A model generated the notes under the pieces. It saw only the letters and a list, made by a program, of their open reading frames with translations. It searched no databases and was not told the DNA's origin. Made by a program: the position numbers and the translations under genes. From assembly GCA_964304625.1 (NCBI GenBank), contig OZ199840.1, positions 10,881,224 to 10,945,223 on the forward strand: DNA of 64,000 nucleotides. The letters are read 5' to 3'. This DNA is from Kudoa neothunni. Taxonomy: Eukaryota > Animalia > Cnidaria. This document shows, one piece after another, positions 1-13,700 of this stretch (the stretch's first letter is position 1; the number at the start of each line of letters is the position of its first letter).

Positions 1-261
1 TCATCGAATATATCTCCACTCATAAAGCAATATAATTAATTCGTTCATCTTCGTGAACCCTCGGAAGTTATTTTTATATAGTTTATAGTACGAACAAATT
101 CAATTTTATTCATCTCAAATAAAAAACCGAAAATGGTATAATTATTCCAGGGTTGACAGTATTTAGGAGAGACAAAAAAAGGATAATGTTGAAATTATAA
201 AAAATCATTTTTAATGGGGAAAACTGTATAATAAGAAATCAAAATTGTTGTTATAGGAAAT

Positions 262-1088
262 TTATTTTTTTGAATGATTGATCAACCATTTCAATGTTTC
301 GCTTGTGTTTTCATGGTTTTTGCACGATACAGAATAGAAACAAACTTCTCGCCCTCTAATTTCATTGAGTTTTCTAATTATAATGTAAATTAGATAATGA
401 TTAAAAATCCATCAAATTTAAAACTTACAATCTTTGAATCAGTTCTCTAGATGGGACAGATTCAGGCAAATCAGATTTATTCCCAATCACAAGCAACTTC
501 AAAGTGAGTTAAATCAAAAATTGAATCATTAATCTTTTATCAACTACCGGAATTCCACGTAATGCGTTGTTAGAAAGAAGGCTGTGTAGTTCAAGAGTTG
601 CCGAATCGAATTTAGCGATATCAGCGGAATCCACCATAAAACTAAAATGTGATTATAAAAATAAAATCTAACCAGCGAACACCTACATTATACAACTGAC
701 ACCTTTACAGTATCGTTCCCACATAGATCTAAAACGAGGCTGTCCACCCACATCCCAAATCTTGGTTAATTAGTTATGATTTTTAATTGAATTTTAAGCA
801 AACAACAATCAACAGGAAAAAACCTTAATGGTCACATTTCCTCGTGAAATTTTCTTCATATTAAAGCCAACTGTTGGTACTATATCTTCGATGTACCTTC
901 CACTCTAGAATTAGTTTACATTGGAAATTTTTGAAACATTATTTATCCAGAATAGAAACTGTTCCTACCGATAACAACTGTACATAGGTGGATTTTCCGG
1001 AAAACTGTAACCCTACAATAGCCACATTCATTTCCAACTGCCAAAAAAGCGATCTAAACCAATCGATCAAACGTTGTAGCCAACCCAT
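262..1088 (-). CDS. ARL8: ADP-ribosylation factor-like GTPase 8 (lysosomal Arl8), 6 exons
   Basis: Spliced translation: [34 protein letters not shown]..|[27 protein letters not shown]|[21 protein letters not shown]..|FMVDSAD..LRGIP|[10 protein letters not shown]..|..[23 protein letters not shown]. It has the Arl8 amphipathic N-terminus and all G-box motifs. Five short GT-AG introns. Confidence 0.96.
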
Positions 1089-1747
1089 GTCAATTTATAA
1101 TTTTAACGAAGTTTTTCCGAATGAATTAATTTGGATTATTACATATTCAAGATTAGTAGCTATTAGAATATTATGTAAATAGAGGCAATAACAAAATCGG
1201 TTAATATAATTAGAAAATTTAAAATCAAGTTTCTCATTGTTTTTCTATATTGGTTGAGTGTTAATTCAACAATTTTAAGTTATATTTTACTATATAATTA
1301 GATGGATAATCTATTATGAGGTAATCACGCAAGTTATGATTAATCAGATTTTAAAAATAACATCATTAATTGTTATTACCGATATTAGAGGGTTATTTAA
1401 TTTTTATTGTTTTACACAAAAATGTTATAGAATTTAATCGTGATTAATTATTCCTCTAATATATAGATAATTTTAAATACTTCCATCAATTTGACTCTTA
1501 ATAATTCTAATGGGGGCTATGTGTCATAATTTATTAATATTGACACAATATAAATTGCTAATACTTAAATTTGTGATAAAATAAATCCAGCTAATTTAAC
1601 TCTATTTAATTATAAATTTAAATAATGTCACATCATCAATAAATCAATAATATTTGTGGAAAATCAAAAAATTGATAATTGTTTGTTAATAAATATATTA
1701 TCAAATAATAAACATGATAACAGCCCATTCTTATTAGTTCGCCAGGT

Positions 1748-4700
1748 CTACTCAAGGAAATTCTCAAAGTTTTCATAAATCTAGGAAATAAACAAATTAA
1801 TGAATAATTAAATAAATAAATAAATAGATAAATAAATAAATAAATAAAGAGTACGCTTCTGTGCTTCTTTTGAAGTTGATCGAACTCACTGTCGAAACCA
1901 GCCATCCAACTGTTGCCCCTGGAATGGGTGACAGGTTGAACAATGTTATCAACAAATATGGTGGATTCCCCAGTTGCTGAAGGAGACTGTCCAACCACTC
2001 GGTAAGATAGGGTGCTCAATTGAGAGCAGAAGCATTTCGAACAGCAACAATTTATTTTGTTGTTGTTGTTGTTGTTAAGATTTTGGTTGCCATAATGCCT
2101 TGAAAAACACACCTTGTGTTCCCAATGGCCACACTCAAAAACGAGAATATAATTGTTTAAGTGTTTAACGGTGGTAGTGATTCCTTCTGCATTGTGGGCT
2201 GTCAAATAATGGTCCATTGTGTGATTGCAAAGGTTGCAAAATTCCGAACGGCACGAAAACGCCTTTTTAGAAGCTTGGAAAAACCTTCTGCTCCATGTTA
2301 TCACTTCGGATGAGGCTATTGTATTGGCCAGCTGATACCTAGTCTACTCACGCAAATAGTAATGAAAATTATTTAAATCAATTTAATGTAACAAATCGAC
2401 TTACTCGATTAAGAGATTTTTGTTGTGTAAGATTGGTAAACATAATGCTCAACTTGGGAATAATCGTTCTGTAGAGGGATTGTTTCTAGATACCCACAAT
2501 AATCTTTAATATATAGCCAATAGTAACAAATCACTTGTAGTATTCGTTGCAACACAAGAAATATAGAAACGTATTGGGTCATATTTTCGAATATTCTTTT
2601 ACAAAGATCACCAATATCTAAAAAATCAATGAGTTAATATAAATTAATACGAGGGTATCATACACACCTGATAACAGGGTGGAGTTAACGTTCAACAACG
2701 AGAGACAATTTTCGAGAATATCTCGCCAAAGATTCTATATATGATTTAATATTTAATAAACATCAAATTGATAAATAGTACCCAACTGAACTCATTCTCA
2801 AAGAGGTGAAATTTGGTGGAAAAAAACTCGAAGAATTGGTCAAACAATTCACTCACTGCCACAATGAGGGTGGTCCATTGTGAACAGTCCTCATTCGATA
2901 ATAGTTGATTAGCAACTACCTTCAGCTTTGCAAACTCGCTTATTAATAACTAAACATTATTTTATTCAATTTATTAGTTATTAGTTTGGGTTAGGTAATA
3001 AAGTTACATTCTTGTAGATCAAGCTTACACTTGAAAAATCTTCCATTTGTGAATATACTTGTATAAGACAAGATTGAAAGTTGTGTTTTTTAAACAACTA
3101 TCAATAGAATATTATTATGATTTATTAAGTTTCAATAATATAACAATATAACATACTGGGATGAGCTTTTCGTACGATGTGTATATCTTGTGATGGCGTA
3201 AATATTGCAGTAGAAAGTTTTCAGTGTGTTGAATGCATGCAAGTCCAATAAAATTCAACTGAAGGGTAAATACATCTTGAAGCACGTCGGCGATCACTCC
3301 AAAACGAGTCTCCTCACTAATATTTGAATTAATGCCACATTCTTTTGATATGTACAATAAATTTTTATCCATAATTTAGAAATATATGTATATTCGAGTA
3401 AAATTTATTATTCATGATAAAATAAGTAGAATTTATCGATTATAAATTAATATATACAATATATTAATAAGAATAACTTACATTTGAATGAAAAGTGCCT
3501 CAAGAATATTGTAATAAATCGAAGAATCTTCTTTACACAATTGAACTGTGTAGTCCAACATACTGGGCACAAAATCAACCACGAACAATAACATTGTGTT
3601 GAGATCCATATCTATCAGTTTCTAAATAAAATGATATATGAGATAACAACAAAATTTTAATCCTTGTAAAATAATATATTTTATTATCTATTAGTATTCA
3701 ATTAATTAAAATATTTTATTTACAAAATATTTGTATTATAAATGATTAAAAAATTATATTTATGTATATATGCATGGGAACACATTTTTTAATTAAATAT
3801 ATAACAAGTTTAATTTATATAAAATGTAAGAAGTACCACAATTAATGAAAAATTGACCAATCGAAGTTTGAGATATTGTTTGTCGTTAAGTTTAAGTCTC
3901 AAGATTGAATGTAAAATAAATTAAATATTTTTAGGGGATATTACAGAAAACATTTTATATTAATTTTTAGGAAATAGGAGATGGTTGTGTGAATAAATAG
4001 GTATTAAAAATAACAGTTTTTATGAATAATTATGGGAAAGTTGAATATTTTAATGAATCAATTATGCAATAAACAAAAACGAAAAAAATGTATTATTAAT
4101 ACAAAAATGATGAAGTGCGTATACGCGAACTAAATTTTTTAAGGGAATTTATTGTTTAACAAAAGATCAAACTTTTATCAAAAAAATAAATCAAATTTAA
4201 ATTTAATAAAGAATAGTAAAATTAGACTTTCTTTAAATTAGGTCAAAAATATTAAAAAGCTTAACAAAATAACATAAAAGCTTTATTTTGACAAAATTCT
4301 TTTTTATTACTCTAAGGTTTAGAATGATGGCTTTCTGATAAGCTTCCATTTGAGTGTTGTTTGAGGTGGAAACAGAAAGGAAAACACTTTTCATCTGATC
4401 AAATATGTTGAAATCCTATCAAATGTTTGTGCAACGTTAAAAATATAGAATCTTATAGTTTAAATACATTTTCAAGCCTTGATTCGTGCATAAAAAGATA
4501 GAGTTTTATTAATTCTTCATATTGATGAGATTTTTCGTAGACCAATGCAATAACATGATAACTAAGAATTGAGTGTTAGAGATTTTCCCACCTCATAAGT
4601 TACTAGTGGCATTTCTTCAAGATTTTCACTATTACGGGCATAGAATAAAAATTTGAGCTATCAGTTAGGTCATCAATGTTTTCCACCAATTTTTTGTCTT

Positions 4701-7700
4701 TATTTTCTGAGGGACATTAAATAAAACAATCTATTCAAGAAACGTAAACTACTCATAATTGACGTATTAGACAAATTAGAAGGTAAGGTGGCGATGGAGG
4801 TAAAATCAACAAAATAATTCCTCTCGAACAACGCATATAATATGGATTGTTTGTCGGCTGACCGATCCAAGTTAGTGATGGTCAAATAATCAAACAACTA
4901 ACATAAAAAAAATTATTCATGATTTTTGTTAGAAATAATATTCACTCGATTGAAAATAGCCTTATTAACGGAAACTGTATTTGGGTTGTGGACGATTTCT
5001 CTGGCCAGAAACAAATAGAATAAGGACTTGTCATTGCTCTATATGTATAATAAATAGAAAACCTACATAAAATGAATGAATTCCTACACCGAATTCATCG
5101 TGTGACATCATAACGTTTGCGATGGCGTTGATTAATTCATTCTTTTTAAGAATAAGCGTGTTGTAGTTAGAGCTAGGAAAAATCAACTAATACATGGGAA
5201 ATAATTTTTGATTAATCTACTCGCCAATAACTTCTTTAGATTGAGCGAATGCAACAGCCATGATATCGAGAAAAATTGTGAGTCGATTATCGAGAAGCAA
5301 TTTGAGTATATCAAATTGTGTGCGTCTCGAATCAACATTCAATCTTTTGTATAATAAGAAATTGAAGGTCTGTACAAATAGAGAGAATTTGAAATCATTC
5401 CATTGATTAGAATAGCCAAAATTACGTCCTCCATTCTTTTCACATTGATATCATTCATTCGATTGGAGAGGGCTGTTAGATTTTGGTTGATATTTGTAGT
5501 GAGTGCATCAAGGATCGAATTTATTTTGTGCGAATGAGTAGCGTCTGTCAAACGCTGATCGATTATGATACTGGCTAAGGTCTACAAAACAAGGCTAAGT
5601 TGAATAATGGATGTTTTAGTTTCAATCACTAGCAGTGGTTCACAGTACTCATGTAAACCCTGATTGAACATATAAAGATAGGGGCCGTAGAGCGACGAAT
5701 TGATAAGTGTGGTAAAAATGGGATCGTCTTGTTCGACATTGAATTCGTTAAGATTGAGAATGAATTTTTCAAACAACGAGATTTGGTTGGTAACCATTAG
5801 ATAATCTACAAAAAGTAACTAAATTACAACAAAATTTGACACAAAATATACTTTTCATGTCGTTAAATAAAAGTGAGGGAACGTGATCAATTTTTCTAAA
5901 TACCACAGATTAGATAATATTAATTTTAATTATTTAAAAATATGAATAAGACATGTTACTTTTTCTCGATTACATGATCTAAGACAACGTCAAGTAAAGA
6001 CCTCTTTTCTGTAAAATCTACCAAAAATTCCTGATACACAGTCGACATGAGTAGTGTGAAGCTGGCAAGGATATTAATGTTATTTTTAGGAGGCATATGA
6101 AATAAATACCAAATGGACTTTAGTTCTTTTAATGTGCAAAAATACATCGCTATAGTCCACAAAATCTAACTCAACTAGGTCAAAGTGAGGTTTATGGTCA
6201 AAGGATTTACTCTGAGAAATTGATCATAGAATGGACTGCCGTTAGAAATAAAACGCATGTGATTTAACGAATCATGCAAATATTTTTCAAGACAAACCGA
6301 GCTCTAATATTTGAAATGAATTAAAAAGTATAAACATCAAAAATTGAATAATCGACTAAGCCTAATGCTTCTTAGAATACTTTTTGAAATTTTTTCAAAT
6401 TACGATGATATAAATATATATATACGACGATATTTATGGGTATATATTTTAAAGTATATTCAAATTGTGAACGTGCTAATTAAATTCCCATAAAGTCATC
6501 ATATGTATAATGAATAATTAATTGATATTTAAATAATTTCTTTTATAATTAAATCAACTAAAAATATTTTATTAGAAGTCGTGAGAATCGAGATTAATGT
6601 ATTAATAAAATCCTTAAATAATGATTATAGTATTATTTTTTGTAAACAAACGGATAAGAATTGGTATAATTATTTAAATTCTCAAAAATAATTTTACCGA
6701 ATAAAGTTTTAAAACACATCAAAATTTAAGAATGATTTTTAGAGTTAAACATTTAATCAATTATTTAACTAATAAAGAAAAATTTATTACAATATTTTAG
6801 TAATGTTGTAACAACACACCTTTTTATATTAATATATTCATTTAATATCTAATTTACTAAAAAAATAAAGTTTATTCAAAAATTTGTCAAAATGAGTTTA
6901 ATATAAATTTAACTGTCACTGACTTATTATTCTATTTGACACATGCATTATTTAATTAATATCGCCAATTTATTTGTTTATACATCTGAAAAACGTTTAA
7001 ATATTAAACTCAGTCGTCGTTTTATTGTATTATACATACATAATAAAATAATTCTTCTCTAGATGTTTCAATTTCTAAACAAATATTTAAAAAATCCTTG
7101 ATCAAATATATACAAATATTTTACGGTTTTTGTTAGAGTTGAGTTTTTGATAGCAGTGTTTGATCATTAGCAGGGCCTTCAGCTGATGGTTTTTTCGGGC
7201 GAAAAATTCAAGACGCTAAAGTTTAAAATTTTTAAAACTAATATTAAATTGAAGTTTTAATCACTCTAATATCGTTGTTGGTGGAAAAATCTAATAGCTC
7301 CTGCCAACAAATTTTAAAAAGTAAAAAAAATTGTACTGTTTTTGTAAAATACATGCGAGCCAAGGATCACAAAATTCTCCCTTGTAACTCGAGTCATAAC
7401 ATTCATATAACCACATCCAAAAGCAGAATACAAAAAACTTTGGGATAATTTCAAAGTGGACAGTGATCTAATTTTCTCCTCACTCCAACATCCGTTAAAA
7501 TGCACAATAGTCAAATCTTCGTTGTTATCGATTCGAAAAAATGTTTCCGAATCAATCCACTAGTAAAATATTTTATTAATGTCAATTGATATTTTTCTAA
7601 TACATTATGTTAATTGGGCTTAAATTATGCATTATTTACATAACTTTTAAAGTTAGAAGTACAACAAAGTGTTATCAAGCAATTTTCGATAGAATGAATT

Positions 7701-10700
7701 ATTGTTAAAGAGTGTATTATTCGTAATTTTTACCAAGCAGCAAAAAATGACTATGAATTACGAAAACTGAAATTGAATATTAATAATATAAACAACAATA
7801 AAATTTAAAATTAAGAATTAATAATTATCGTGAAATATAATCTTGAATCAAAAGAAATTCTATTTTAAACATTTATACCATCTCATTGCAAACAAAATAA
7901 AATTTCTTCTAAATGATTGGCATAAAATTTTCTTAATGTGAATTTATAGGCAATAATTAATTTTAATGAATTCTGCAGTGTGTTTAAAAACTTAATATAG
8001 CACCTCGAATCATTTGTATTGTATTATTTTAATATATTTAATAATATTATATTGATCATATAAAATTATCGAATAAGTATGTTTGCATATTTCGATTAAA
8101 ATAGTAATAAAAATTATTATAGATTCATGTGAAATAATTTTAATTAACAAGAAAATTCTTTATTCTCATATTTATTCCTACAGCATTAAAATTTAATAGA
8201 TTTCGTTAGTAATTGGGAAATTTATTAAATGCACTGCCTGAAAATAATACTAATGAAAAATTGTATAAATTATATAAGCTGTCAAACTAATTTTTTAAAG
8301 CGACATACTTTGTCGATTATGATTTCAAAATTTAAATCATGATCAGTTCTGTGCAGGAGTGTATTAATCCTGGTTTTTAATTAACAATTTCTTGTCCCCT
8401 CGCCCACACTAAATAATTCAAGGTGAGTGTCATATTAATTTTCGTTCCCGAATTATTTAAACTTTCTTAAAATGCAATCTAATACGTTATTTTTTGACCC
8501 AGGGGATTCTTGAAGACGAATTCTGGACCGGCTCAGAAAATGTGTATAATACTAACTTTTTAAGGGATAAAAAAATAGAAGAAGTAATAGAGATGAAGAA
8601 AACACAAGAAAACTAATTTTGTTGCTCAAACTAAGATCCTTTGGTCCCGAAGAAACTTTGATATGCTCTTTTAAACAAACATTGAATCAGCTTGTTTTTT
8701 CTTAGTTACTTATTATTACTATTTAAATTTGTTATCAGTGATATATAACAATTTTATATAAACTAACATTAAAAATAAACGTTTTTCAAATTTCACAAAA
8801 TCATGTCATGTTTCATTTTAATAAAATATTTTGTGAATTTTTGAATATAGATATTAATGTAGTAAGATTGTTTTAGTTTATAATTTTTTATTAGAAATTA
8901 AGAAATTATTCAGTTTTTATTATTAAAAATCAGGGGCGTAATTTTTTAAAATGATTACATTAATGGTTTTTACTTTGAAGTACGTGTAAAATATTGAAAA
9001 AAATTTAAACTATATTTTTATTGTTTTATAAGTTTTTTCATGTTCCAACATTTCCTAACAAAAAATTCGGCCAAATATACTAATTGGGAATATTTTAAGA
9101 TGTAAACACAATATATTAACTTAAGGTTATTATATTTATCGGTACATATATAATTCATTATAACTAATAATTTTATAGAAATAACAATTTTTCCATTTTT
9201 ATGTTTTAATATAACCACATTTTTACGTTTATCGAATGCTATACTAAACACTCATGTAAGAATTCTTCCTAAAAAGTGATAACTTACTATAACCTATCTT
9301 AAATTATTTCCTTATTGAATTAAACGTTGATTAATTATTTAAAAAACTCATCCACTCCAAGAAAACTAATAAAATATATTTAGAGAGCGTGTGGTTGTCT
9401 TCTCGTTTTTAAATTATTCATGCTAAAAACCTATAAAAATTGTATAATTCAATTTGATATTGTAAAATTTGTGTTTATATGGTAAAAATATGTAATAGAA
9501 TCAATTTATGAATGATTATCAAAACAAATTAGAGATCAATTCAACGTTTGTTGCGAAAAGATGAAGATTACACATGTATCCTACCGCGTTCAGATGAAAA
9601 ATTCTCAAAATTTTAAAATTATTATTTTATTTTATTATCAAGAATCGTGAAAAAAAAATCGAAAAAACATACGCAAGAGGACGTTTTTTTAGGTGCCGCA
9701 TACTTTACCCTTTCTCGATATTTTATTGACAGGCCTAACGAATAATGCAAACCTAATATGTTTTCTGTATTCTTCAATGGTGAAATTTGTAGAAATTTAT
9801 AAAAATGTAAGAATAAAATTAAAGAGCAAATTTAAAGATATTTTGATATATTATAATGTAATTGGACACATTATTCTTCATTATATACTGGTTTTAAAAA
9901 AGGAATTTTACAGGTATCGATCGGTGCAACCCTACTAACTTTGTATAGGACATTGCGTAATTAACCGGATTATCTCGAATAATAATTATTCAATTTCTCA
10001 ATATTGTTAAGGGAGAATTTTTAAAAATCTTCCATATCGTTCTATAATAATTATCTACATTCATCGAACTAAAAAACTCTTGGGGTCATTTTTACCCCAA
10101 AACCCGTTGGGGGAAAGAATTTTGTTTGAAAAGAAATAATCAATATTCCACATAAAATTTTTTATGAATCAATTTATTACAGTAATTTGGTGGAATAGAC
10201 GAAATATTAAGTAACGCAGATAATTATTAAATATTCTATGAACAAAATAAAAAAATTTGGGGTCTAAAAACCCCAAGCCCGTTAAACGGTTAATTATAAA
10301 AAATAAAAATATCAACCAACCAAAAAATATAACAAACGCGCATGTGGATAAATTATATTTAATTTTTTGTAATTTAAACTTTCTCATGCATTAAAACAGA
10401 TAAACAATTACTTCAAAACATGTCGTATTGGAGGCAGGAAAAATCGTGATCTCCTTGAAGGTGAATTCGCCGGCGTACTCGAAGCTAACGAAGAAAATAG
10501 CCACAGTTGAAACACATGCCAGTATCTATATGATAATATAGATCCACTGTTATGGATTTATATCAGTAAATTTTGGGTATTCTCTGTTTAAGTTTGTAAG
10601 AGCTTAAACGGTCGAAAAAAGACATATACCATAGTTACATTATAAACCATTAATTTTTTAAATATACACACATGGATACAGCTTTGAAGATTTCATATAC

Positions 10701-13700
10701 AGTCGAACCTCTATTATCCGGAAGACGTTTTAAATTTTATTAGGATTTTATTGAATTTGCGTGTCGATAAGTGTTTGAATATTCGGAATCTCGGTAATTG
10801 AAAACCGGAGCAACTATTTAATTTAAATTCCGGATAAATTGCCACCTGTTTACCGTACGATATATACAATGTAGCTTATATATAATTGCGATACTTAAAA
10901 CAAAAATATTTCTAAATTAATTGTTTATAAATTTTTCTTTTTAAGTTAAATTAAATTAAGCATTCGGTTCTTATATAAATTTGTGCTATATTTTAACATA
11001 TGCCTGATTGTATGTGTAATAAAAACAAATTAATTACCGATTATTTAAAAAGATAGGTTACTCCTCTGTAGACGTGTTTTTCTCCTATAATTATGTATTG
11101 TTTTTTCTTTTAAGTCTCTATATTCTTAGTTAATAGATATTCCAATATTTTTAATTTAAGTTGCAGAAGTTGAAATTTTTTATAAATAATGTAAACAATC
11201 CTTTAAGTAGGCATTTAATTTAATAAATATGCGTGTGTGACAACGTTTATGTTTGATTAACAGGAACCTCGCTGGTCTCAAATTTCCCGGATAATCAAGG
11301 TTTGACTGTATATATATATATATATATGAATTTATTAATTAAATTTAAAAAATATTAATCTTTTAATAATAAGAAATTAAATAAAATTATTAATTAACGA
11401 ATTTTATTGGAATTTATAATAAATAGTACAAAACCTATTCAAATAACCATTATTTTCATAATATAATATTAAGAATCGTAAAGAACAAAGTAATTAAAAG
11501 ATTATATACTTTTTTGACCGATTAGGCTCAACAAAAGTAAATTATGTCATTTATTATGTTACTATGTGAGATAGGTTACTAATGTACCACTTCATTTCCA
11601 TGCACATTAGTTTGGATGAGTCAATTCTTATGTTGTGAGTTTCCGAATAAAGTTTCTATGTTGAAAATTTATATTAATTCATTGAAATTTAGAATTTTAC
11701 TATTAGATTTGTAGTGTATATATTTCTCTTCACTTGATTTAATCCCACTACAAACACCTACATAATTAATAAAATGAATTCTAAATAAATTTCAATCATC
11801 GGCAATTTCCGGTATGTAATTGAATTTCCAAATTTTAATTTAAAATAATAAGATACTCACTACTGGAATTTTTAATCATATTTTGTATTTAAAATATTAT
11901 TTATTAAATAAAATAAAGTACTAAAAATATCACTTAATAAATATCAAAAGTATTATTATATAGACAACGAAAAAGATAAATTTTCGGATTTGTTCGGTTA
12001 ACAATTTAAATATTTTCACTAAAATCAAAATATTTCTAAACAAAAAAAGTAATCATATCCAATAATTTTTTTAATTGATCTACAAATATAAAATGTTAAA
12101 AAATAATAAATCAATTTAAATAATCTTCTCTTCATATTTTCATTTATTTATCGTAAAAAAATTAATGACGCGAATTCTTTAAATAAAGATTCGTGTAATA
12201 TTTTATGAAAATACAACGACAATCCTCGACAAATGTATAATATAATAAATACATTAGTAGAAGTGGCCACCGCCAAAATGCAAGGATCTGCTTGAAGTTT
12301 TTTGAGATATTTCGAATGGAAATAGAGAGGAAAAACTCTACTATGAGATAAATTTGAAGTGTAGATTAGAGTTTTTCGATAGTGTTTATAATTCTGACTA
12401 GATATTTCATAAATTTAAAACAATTCACCAACCGAAAACCTATATTAAATCCCACCTAAATTTGACATAATATCCGTTACCATTGGATTCGGTAATATAC
12501 AGCGAATATTTATCATACATCTAAATAATTAAATCGGATTACGAACAATTCCGACTCGATTAAAATCTACCACAATTTGGTTTATAGTTGGATTTGTGGT
12601 CTCATCCTTTTTGTGCATCTTTGTTATAATTTTTCCTAATTTGATATCCCATATGACAACCTGAATAAATGATTTAATAATTGAATTTATTGGAATTGTA
12701 ATTACTCGGTCATTTTCGTACAACACGAAGAGATAGCGATGATTTTCCACCCGTTCTATTTAAATCGAATATCAATATAAAATTAAAAATGAGTTTGAGT
12801 TAATTACTTTTAATATTTTTATGCAGCAAATTTGACATTTTATAACTACTGTTTGTTGATCCAATGGTAATGCTATCAGATGGCGGTAAATTGTCGCTAA
12901 GACTTAAAGTGGGGGATATCTCATGCATTGATTGATCATTGTTCACATGTGACACAGAAACTGAATCAGAATTTGACGAGGATTTATCACATGGGCTTGC
13001 ACATCTGATCGAAATCATGTTCACACAATTATCTTATTAATCACATTAATTAATAATTAAGGCATTAAATATAATAAAATATTACTATAATTTGGATCGT
13101 ACAACAGCTTTATGTTTCGCACATCCAATTCATCAGTAATCTTTTTATTGTATTGATAATATATCACGATAATTTTCCCAGTGTTTGTGCCAATGTAAAG
13201 ATAGTATTTTTCATCGCTAGCAATCGCCGTAAAATGGCCGATATTTAAATGACTATTTTTTTCCTATAATACAATTTAAACTGAAATATATGAAAAATTG
13301 TATAAATAACCATAAAAATCTGAAGTTTCTCTTTAATTATCGATCCAACATTCAAATATGAGAGATCATAAGAATATCCATCATTCACTATCAAACGCCC
13401 GGCAGATGTAATAGAATTGAAATCTAAACGAATTACAATTTTATTTAAATACTAGTAGGTAAATGTGGAAAATTATTATTTTATTAATAAATAATTTATT
13501 AAAAAATAATAGTTGCGCATGCACCGCTATTTTTCATAATAGAAAATTTATATTATGAAAAAAATACAACTCATTTGTGATTTACACATTTATTTTTTTC
13601 CGCCAACAAATTTTATTTTACTAATCTGGATTATAAGGAAATGAGGAGTATGTTTAATCTGCTTAATTATACCAAAAACAATTATATTACACGAAAAAAA

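Noticed and set aside
1-23. Possible start of another minus-strand gene (MSGDIFD..) at the window edge
   Set aside because: Only 7 codons are visible, so it cannot be supported.
1636-2304. 222-aa ORF read as a standalone RING plus TM protein
   Set aside because: It is the VPS8 RING exon read through a (TTTA)n intron; the hydrophobic IYLF repeat is intronic.
6320-10390. Short ORF-track entries in long VPS8 introns and other AT-rich spacers
   Set aside because: Low-complexity I/K/N/F-rich frames, often with non-ATG starts, and no motifs or splice support, apart from the VPS8 exons near 7140-7560.
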